Origin: Flavobacteriales bacterium
GTDB taxonomy: Bacteria > Bacteroidota > Bacteroidia > Flavobacteriales > BACL11
Direction: 5' to 3'
Assembly: GCA_018647945.1 (NCBI GenBank)
Contig: JABGSE010000005.1
Coordinates: forward strand, 1,491-65,490
DNA length: 64,000 nt
The notes under the pieces are model-generated. The model did no database searches and had not been told where the DNA came from. It saw only the letters and a list, made by a program, of their open reading frames with translations. Position 1 is the first letter of the stretch, and every line of letters starts with the position of its first letter. Shown one piece after another: positions 58,557-64,000 of this stretch. A program made the translations under genes and the position numbers.

Positions 58557-59096
58557 ATGAAAGTTTACACAAAAAAAGGTGATAAAGGGAAAACTCAATT
58601 ATTGGGAGGAAGTATGGTAAATAAATTTGACATTCGGATAGAAGCTTATGGAAATATTGACGAATTAAATGCTTTTATAGGGCATCTTTACGATCAAAAA
58701 ATCAATGTAAATCACAAAAAATTTTTATTTTTTATTCAAAATCAATTACTAAATTTGGGAAGTATTGTGTCTTTTGATGGGAAAAAAGACAAAATAAAGC
58801 TTCCAAAAATTACAACAAATGAAGTTGAAAAAATTGAAAAAGAAATAGATGAATTAGAAAAATGTTTAACTCCACTAAAAAACTTTATTTTACCCTCCGG
58901 ACATCCTATTTCTTCCTTATGTCACATTGCCAGAACTGTTTGTAGAAGAGCTGAAAGAGGAGTGGTTTTATTAGATTCTCAAACACAAATAAACAAAATT
59001 TGTATTATATTTCTCAACCGTTTATCGGACTATTTGTTTGTACTATCAAGAGTAATTTTAGTAGACAATAATAGGAAGGAAATTTATTGGAAATAA
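58557..59096 (+). CDS. ATP:cob(I)alamin adenosyltransferase, PduO type
   Basis: MKVYTKKGDKGKT..RIEAYGNIDELNA.. and ..LPSGHPISSLCHIARTVCRRAER.. are present. Confidence 0.9.
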   Translation: MKVYTKKGDKGKTQLLGGSMVNKFDIRIEAYGNIDELNAFIGHLYDQKINVNHKKFLFFIQNQLLNLGSIVSFDGKKDKIKLPKITTNEVEKIEKEIDELEKCLTPLKNFILPSGHPISSLCHIARTVCRRAERGVVLLDSQTQINKICIIFLNRLSDYLFVLSRVILVDNNRKEIYWK

Positions 59097-59158
59097 ACCA
59101 ATCAATTTTACTGCCGTTTCATCAGAAATTTTACTTTTGCAATAAAATATAGAATACT

Positions 59159-59386
59159 ATGTATTGGACTTTAGAATTAGCATCAAAATTAGAAGACGCA
59201 CCATGGCCAGCAACAAAAGATGAATTGATTGATTTCGCTATTCGTTCTGGCGCTCCAATGGAAGTTGTAGAAAACCTTCAGGAATTAGTGGAAGAAGAGG
59301 AGAATCAAACTTGGGAAAAAATAGAAGAAATTTGGCCCGATTACCCATCCAAAGAAGATTTTTTCTTTAATGAGGATGAATATTAA
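59159..59386 (+). CDS. DUF2795-like small acidic protein
   Basis: 75 aa. ..APWPATKDELIDFAIRSGAPMEVVENLQEL.. matches my memory of DUF2795. Confidence 0.75.
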   Translation: MYWTLELASKLEDAPWPATKDELIDFAIRSGAPMEVVENLQELVEEEENQTWEKIEEIWPDYPSKEDFFFNEDEY

Positions 59387-59395
59387 TTAAATTTT

Positions 59396-59413
59396 AGGTC
59401 TGTTTTCAGACCT
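59396..59413 (+). terminator. weak hairpin downstream of the DUF2795 gene
   Basis: Stem aggtctg/cagacct with loop tttt, but only a short TT tail follows. Confidence 0.3.
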
Positions 59414-59438
59414 TTAATCTATTACATTAAACAAATAA

Positions 59439-62400
59439 ATGGCAGGATTTTTAAATATTATTGGCAAACTTTTTGGTAGCAAATACGATAAGGATGTCAA
59501 AGAAATAATGCCTATAGTTCAACAAATAAATGAGGAATTTGAAAAATTAAATTCCCATTCCAACAATCAGTTAAGAGAAAAAACCAAGGAGTTAAAATCG
59601 GAAATTCAAGAATTTACAAAGATTGAATCAGAAAAAATTAAATCCTTAAAAATTGAATCAGAAAAAGAAATTTCAGATGAAGAAAAAGAAAATCTTTATG
59701 ATGAAATTGACAAATTAGAACAAGATATTGTTGACAAAACGGAAGATATTTTAAATCAGATTTTACCTTCCGCTTTCGCTATTGTAAAAGAAACTGCCAG
59801 AAGACTTACTGAAAATGAGACCATTATTGTAAAAGCAAATGACTTTGATAGGGATTTATCAGCAACTAAAGATTTTGTAAGTATTGATGGTGAAAATGCA
59901 ATTTATAAAAATGAATGGACCGCTGCAGGAACTACAATTCAGTGGAACATGATTCATTATGATGTACAATTAATTGGAGGAATTGTAATGCATCAAGGGA
60001 AAATTGCAGAAATGCAAACTGGAGAAGGAAAAACGCTTTCTGCAACATTGCCTATTTTTTTAAATGCCCTTGCCGGAAAAGGAGTTCACCTGATTACAGT
60101 TAATAATTATTTGGCAAAAAGGGATGCTGAGTGGATGGGCCCTATCTTTCAGTTTCATGGTCTTTCAGTAGATTGTATTGACAATCATGCTCCTAATTCT
60201 GAAAGTAGAAAAAATGCATATTTATCGGATGTTACTTATGGTACAAATAACGAATTTGGTTTTGATTATTTGAGAGATAATATGGCCAAGCGTCCTCAGG
60301 ATTTAGTTCAAAGAAAACACCATTATTCTATTGTTGATGAGGTTGACTCAGTTTTAATTGATGATGCCAGAACACCTCTTATTATATCGGGACCTACTCC
60401 TAGGGGAGATGTCCATGAATTCAATGAATTAAAACATAAAATTGAGACATTAGTTTCCGCACAAAAACGATATGTAAATACAGTTTTATCGGATTCTAAA
60501 AAACTATTAAAAGAAGGGAATAAAGAAGATGGAGGTTTTAATTTACTGAGAGCTTTCAGGGGATTACCAAAAAACAAAGCACTTATTAAATATTTAAGTG
60601 AGGAAGGAATTAAAGCTCAATTACAGAAAACAGAGAATTTCTACATGCAAGAGCAATCTAAAGAGATGCCAAAAGTAGATGAGGAACTTTATTTTGTAAT
60701 TGAAGAGAAACAAAACACCATAGAGCTTACTGAAAAGGGAATTGATTTAATGACAACAGATGGTGAAAGTAAAGATTTCTTTATAATGCCAGATGTAGGA
60801 GGAGAAATTTCCAAAATAAATAATTCTTCTTTATCTGATTCGGAAAAAGCTTCCCAAAAAGAAACTTTAATGAGGGATTTTTCCATAAAAAGTGAACGAA
60901 TTCATACCATAAACCAACTGTTAAAAGCATACACACTTTTCGAAAAAGATGTGGAATATGTAGTAATGGACAACAAAGTGAAAATTGTTGACGAGCAAAC
61001 TGGGAGAATAATGGATGGCAGAAGATATTCTGATGGACTACACCAAGCTATTGAAGCAAAAGAAAATGTAAAAATTGAAGCTTCAACCCAAACATTTGCT
61101 ACCATTACCTTGCAAAATTATTTCCGAATGTACAACAAACTTGCAGGTATGACTGGTACTGCAGAAACTGAAGCTGGGGAATTTTGGGAGATTTATAAAT
61201 TAGATGTTGTTGCCATACCTACAAACAGACCTGTTGTTAGAGAAGATAAGGACGATTGGGTATATAAAACAAATAGAGAAAAATACAATGCAGTAATTGA
61301 AGAAATTGTAAAATTAACAGATGAAGGAAGACCTATTCTAGTGGGGACTACTTCTGTTGAAATTTCCGAATTACTTGGAAGAATACTAAAAACAAGAGGG
61401 ATAAAACATAATATTCTAAATGCAAAACTCCATCAGAGAGAAGCAGATATTGTTGCAGAAGCAGGAAACTCATCAGTTGTTACTATCGCTACAAATATGG
61501 CAGGTAGAGGAACGGATATTAAACTTACTGAAGAGGTAAAGCAAGTGGGTGGACTTGCAATTATTGGTACCGAAAGACACGATTCCAGAAGGGTTGACCG
61601 TCAGTTAAGAGGTCGTTCCGGTAGACAAGGAGATCCTGGTTCATCTCAGTTTTTTGTTTCCTTGGAAGACAATTTAATGAGGCTATTTGGCTCAGACAGA
61701 ATAGCAAAATTAATGGACAGAATGGGATTAGAAGAAGGAGAAGTTATCTCACATTCCATGGTAAATAAATCCATTGAAAGAGCTCAAACAAAAATAGAAG
61801 AAAATAATTTCGGGACAAGAAAAAGATTATTGGAGTATGATGATGTGATGAACAATCAGAGGGAAATTATTTACAAGAAAAGAAAACATGCCCTGTTTGG
61901 AGAGCGACTTTCTTTGGATGTTTCCAATATGATATATGATACTTGTTACAACATTGTTTCTGAACATCATGAATTGAAAAATTATTCTGATTACTCAATG
62001 GATATTATGAGAATTCTTGCAATTGACTCACCAATATCTGAAGATGAATTCGACTCATTAAATATTGATGAAGTTACAGACTCTACATTCTCAAAATGTA
62101 TTTCAAACTACAAATTAAAATCAGAAAAGATAGCAGAAAAAGTTCTTCCAAACATTAAAAATGTTTTTGAAAACGAATCTGCAACATATAAAAATATTGT
62201 TATTCCATTTACTGATGGAATGAAAACACTTCAAGTAACCTCTAACCTTGAAGAAGCTGTGAAAAGTGAAGGGAAAAATATTCCAACTTCCATTGAAAAA
62301 AGTGTAACTCTTGCCATGATTGACGACTTTTGGAAAGAACATTTGAGAGAAATGGACGAATTGAAACAATCTGTACAAAATGCTGTTTACGAGCAAAAAG

Positions 62401-62723
62401 ATCCTTTGCTAATTTACAAATTCGAATCCTTTGAATTATTTAAAGTTTTGATGAGTAAGATTAATAAAGACATTGTTTCCTTTTTGTTAAAGTCAGATAT
62501 TTATAGTGGAGGTTCGGCTTCAATTCAGGAGGAAAAGATTAAGAAACAAGATGATAATTTACAAATGAGTAGAGAATCTGATATTCCTGATGGAAATCCA
62601 CAAGCTCCGCAAAACAAAAAACCTCAAAGAATTCAACCCGTAAGAGCGGAACAAAAAATAGAGAGAAACGCTCCTTGCCCTTGCGGAAGTGGAAAGAAAT
62701 ACAAAAAATGTCACGGAAGATAG
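59439..62723 (+). CDS. secA: preprotein translocase subunit SecA
   Basis: 1094 aa with a DEAD-like motor (..MQTGEGKTL.., ..IVDEVDSVLIDDARTPLIISG.., ..TNMAGRGTDI..) and a C-terminal zinc motif CPCGSGKKYKKCHG. Confidence 0.96.
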   Translation: MAGFLNIIGKLFGSKYDKDVKEIMPIVQQINEEFEKLNSHSNNQLREKTKELKSEIQEFTKIESEKIKSLKIESEKEISDEEKENLYDEIDKLEQDIVDKTEDILNQILPSAFAIVKETARRLTENETIIVKANDFDRDLSATKDFVSIDGENAIYKNEWTAAGTTIQWNMIHYDVQLIGGIVMHQGKIAEMQTGEGKTLSATLPIFLNALAGKGVHLITVNNYLAKRDAEWMGPIFQFHGLSVDCIDNHAPNSESRKNAYLSDVTYGTNNEFGFDYLRDNMAKRPQDLVQRKHHYSIVDEVDSVLIDDARTPLIISGPTPRGDVHEFNELKHKIETLVSAQKRYVNTVLSDSKKLLKEGNKEDGGFNLLRAFRGLPKNKALIKYLSEEGIKAQLQKTENFYMQEQSKEMPKVDEELYFVIEEKQNTIELTEKGIDLMTTDGESKDFFIMPDVGGEISKINNSSLSDSEKASQKETLMRDFSIKSERIHTINQLLKAYTLFEKDVEYVVMDNKVKIVDEQTGRIMDGRRYSDGLHQAIEAKENVKIEASTQTFATITLQNYFRMYNKLAGMTGTAETEAGEFWEIYKLDVVAIPTNRPVVREDKDDWVYKTNREKYNAVIEEIVKLTDEGRPILVGTTSVEISELLGRILKTRGIKHNILNAKLHQREADIVAEAGNSSVVTIATNMAGRGTDIKLTEEVKQVGGLAIIGTERHDSRRVDRQLRGRSGRQGDPGSSQFFVSLEDNLMRLFGSDRIAKLMDRMGLEEGEVISHSMVNKSIERAQTKIEENNFGTRKRLLEYDDVMNNQREIIYKKRKHALFGERLSLDVSNMIYDTCYNIVSEHHELKNYSDYSMDIMRILAIDSPISEDEFDSLNIDEVTDSTFSKCISNYKLKSEKIAEKVLPNIKNVFENESATYKNIVIPFTDGMKTLQVTSNLEEAVKSEGKNIPTSIEKSVTLAMIDDFWKEHLREMDELKQSVQNAVYEQKDPLLIYKFESFELFKVLMSKINKDIVSFLLKSDIYSGGSASIQEEKIKKQDDNLQMSRESDIPDGNPQAPQNKKPQRIQPVRAEQKIERNAPCPCGSGKKYKKCHGR

Positions 62724-62727
62724 AAAG

Positions 62728-63774
62728 TTGAAACATCTAAAATACATAATCAAATTTCTATTTTATTTCATCTTACTAATAAATATAAACTCCTGTAAAA
62801 CTTACAAACTTGTTCCTGAAAAGGAGGATAATCCACAACACAATTTTGATATAAATTTATCGGGAGACAGTCCTAACTATTCAGAAATAAAATATTGGGT
62901 AGAACATCCTGAAAAGGAAATTCATTACACAAGTCTCCCAAAAAATTACACAGATTCTTTATACAATTCTAATCCAGAAATAGATGTATTTTTTGTGCAC
63001 CCTACTCTTTATTTTAAAGGAAACAGATGGAACGCAGATATTCATAACAAAAAACTAAATAAAGAAATTGGTAATTCTGCTATTAAAAATCAGGCCTCTG
63101 TTTTTTTAGGAATTGCAAATATTTACGCTCCACATTACAGACAAATGCACATTCAATCATATTACGATTTAAAAAATGGACTACAAGCATTTGAAGTTGC
63201 TTATTCGGATGTAGAAAGTGCATTTCTGTATTATTGGAACAATAACAATAATGGAAATAAATTTATAATTGCAGGACACAGTCAAGGTACTAATCATGCA
63301 GAAAGATTATTGAAAGATATAATTATGAAAAAAGATAGTATGAAAAACAGCTTGATTATCAGCTATCTTCCAGGAATGCCTATTATACCATTTCATGAGG
63401 ACTTACCTCCTTGTAGTTCTCCTAATCAATTGGATTGCTACCTATCGTGGCGTACATTAGCAGAAGGACACTTTCCAAGCGGATGGGATTCTTCCGATAG
63501 TATTTCTTGTATAAATCCTATTAGTTGGAAAACAGACACTATAGTTTCTGAAAATGAAAATCATCTAGGAATTCTTTTTCAAAATCATAAAATACATTAT
63601 CCAAATTCGGTATCAGTTTACAATAATAATGGAGTGGTTTGGATAAAACCCATAAAAATTCCTTTTGCCAGATTTTACAGAATGGATAACTATCATATTG
63701 CAGATTATAATCTGTTTTGGATCAACATTAGACATAATCTAAGATACAGATTAAAAGAAAATGGATACGACTAA
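62728..63774 (+). CDS. DUF3089-like alpha/beta-hydrolase-fold lipoprotein
   Basis: ..DVFFVHPT.., ..YAPHYRQ.. and a nucleophile-elbow-like IIAGHSQGT are present. I chose the TTG at 62728 (MKHLKYIIKFLFYFILLININSC lipobox), just after the secA stop. The ORF-track ATG at 62689 would overlap secA by 35 nt. Confidence 0.7.
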   Translation: MKHLKYIIKFLFYFILLININSCKTYKLVPEKEDNPQHNFDINLSGDSPNYSEIKYWVEHPEKEIHYTSLPKNYTDSLYNSNPEIDVFFVHPTLYFKGNRWNADIHNKKLNKEIGNSAIKNQASVFLGIANIYAPHYRQMHIQSYYDLKNGLQAFEVAYSDVESAFLYYWNNNNNGNKFIIAGHSQGTNHAERLLKDIIMKKDSMKNSLIISYLPGMPIIPFHEDLPPCSSPNQLDCYLSWRTLAEGHFPSGWDSSDSISCINPISWKTDTIVSENENHLGILFQNHKIHYPNSVSVYNNNGVVWIKPIKIPFARFYRMDNYHIADYNLFWINIRHNLRYRLKENGYD

Positions 63775-64000
63775 CAAAAAGAGATGTAATTGGCCAAAAG
63801 ATGATGCTTTATACATAGAGTATCATGATACAGAATGGGGGGTTCCCGTATATGATGATGATAAAATATTTGAATTCTTATTATTAGAAACTTTTCAGGC
63901 GGGACTAAGTTGGATTACTATTTTAAGAAAAAGAGAGAATTTCCGAATAGCATTTAATAACTTTGACTACAAAAAAATATCTAATTATTCTGATGATAAA
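63761..64000 (+). CDS. tag: DNA-3-methyladenine glycosylase I (partial; runs off the window end)
   Basis: My translation is MDTTNKKRCNWPKDDALYIEYHDTEWGVPVYDDDKIFEFLLLETFQAGLSWITILRKRENFR.., which is the Tag signature. It overlaps the upstream gene end by 14 nt. Confidence 0.85.
   Translation, partial: MDTTNKKRCNWPKDDALYIEYHDTEWGVPVYDDDKIFEFLLLETFQAGLSWITILRKRENFRIAFNNFDYKKISNYSDDK

Noticed and set aside
59622-59666. Two copies of ATTGAATCAGAAAAA 30 nt apart inside secA (KIESEK..KIESEK)
   Set aside because: This is a short in-frame duplication in a variable, Lys/Glu-rich N-terminal insertion. It has only two copies and no spacer architecture, so it is not a CRISPR or regulatory repeat.

Overview
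This is an AT-rich, densely packed chromosomal window with many overlapping start and stop codons. It almost certainly comes from a Bacteroidota genome, probably Flavobacteriia-like. The supporting signs are T9SS type A and type B C-terminal sorting domains, a PorV/PorQ-like barrel, CarboxypepD_reg-type TonB-dependent barrels, an S46 peptidase, long-form PurF, GH3/DUF2797/DUF4290/DUF2795 genes and TAnnTTTG -7 promoter boxes. Most of the window is core housekeeping: sppA, folK, mutS, tRNA-Gly/tRNA-Leu, purF, ruvC, greA, ahcY, murA, grpE-dnaJ, alaS, secA and tag. I saw no transposase, integrase, CRISPR array, rRNA or recognisable defence cassette. The best candidates for undescribed biology are the following. 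(1) A tightly coupled three-gene outer-membrane operon at 28624-37823: an oversized TonB-dependent barrel with no SusD partner, an uncharacterised 1417-aa T9SS cargo protein, and its own PorV/PorQ-like barrel. (2) A four-gene translationally coupled operon at 15997-18510: a group II PLP decarboxylase, a protein with a permuted-papain His..His..Cys (NCSRF) signature, a 94-aa unknown, and a CPDC glutaredoxin-like protein. (3) A secreted LTD-CotH-PKD protein with a T9SS type B domain and no adjacent PorP/SprF partner. Smaller items include a PnuC/NadR-like kinase pair next to a separately promoted TPP riboswitch and TonB receptor, a tRNA-Gly with a non-canonical T-loop, a decayed OmpA-like gene, a cryptic sulfotransferase-fold gene, a Rieske-fold lipoprotein lacking the His ligands, and an S46 peptidase with a C-terminal extension. 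All functional calls come from reading the translations and motifs by eye. No database search or computation was run.
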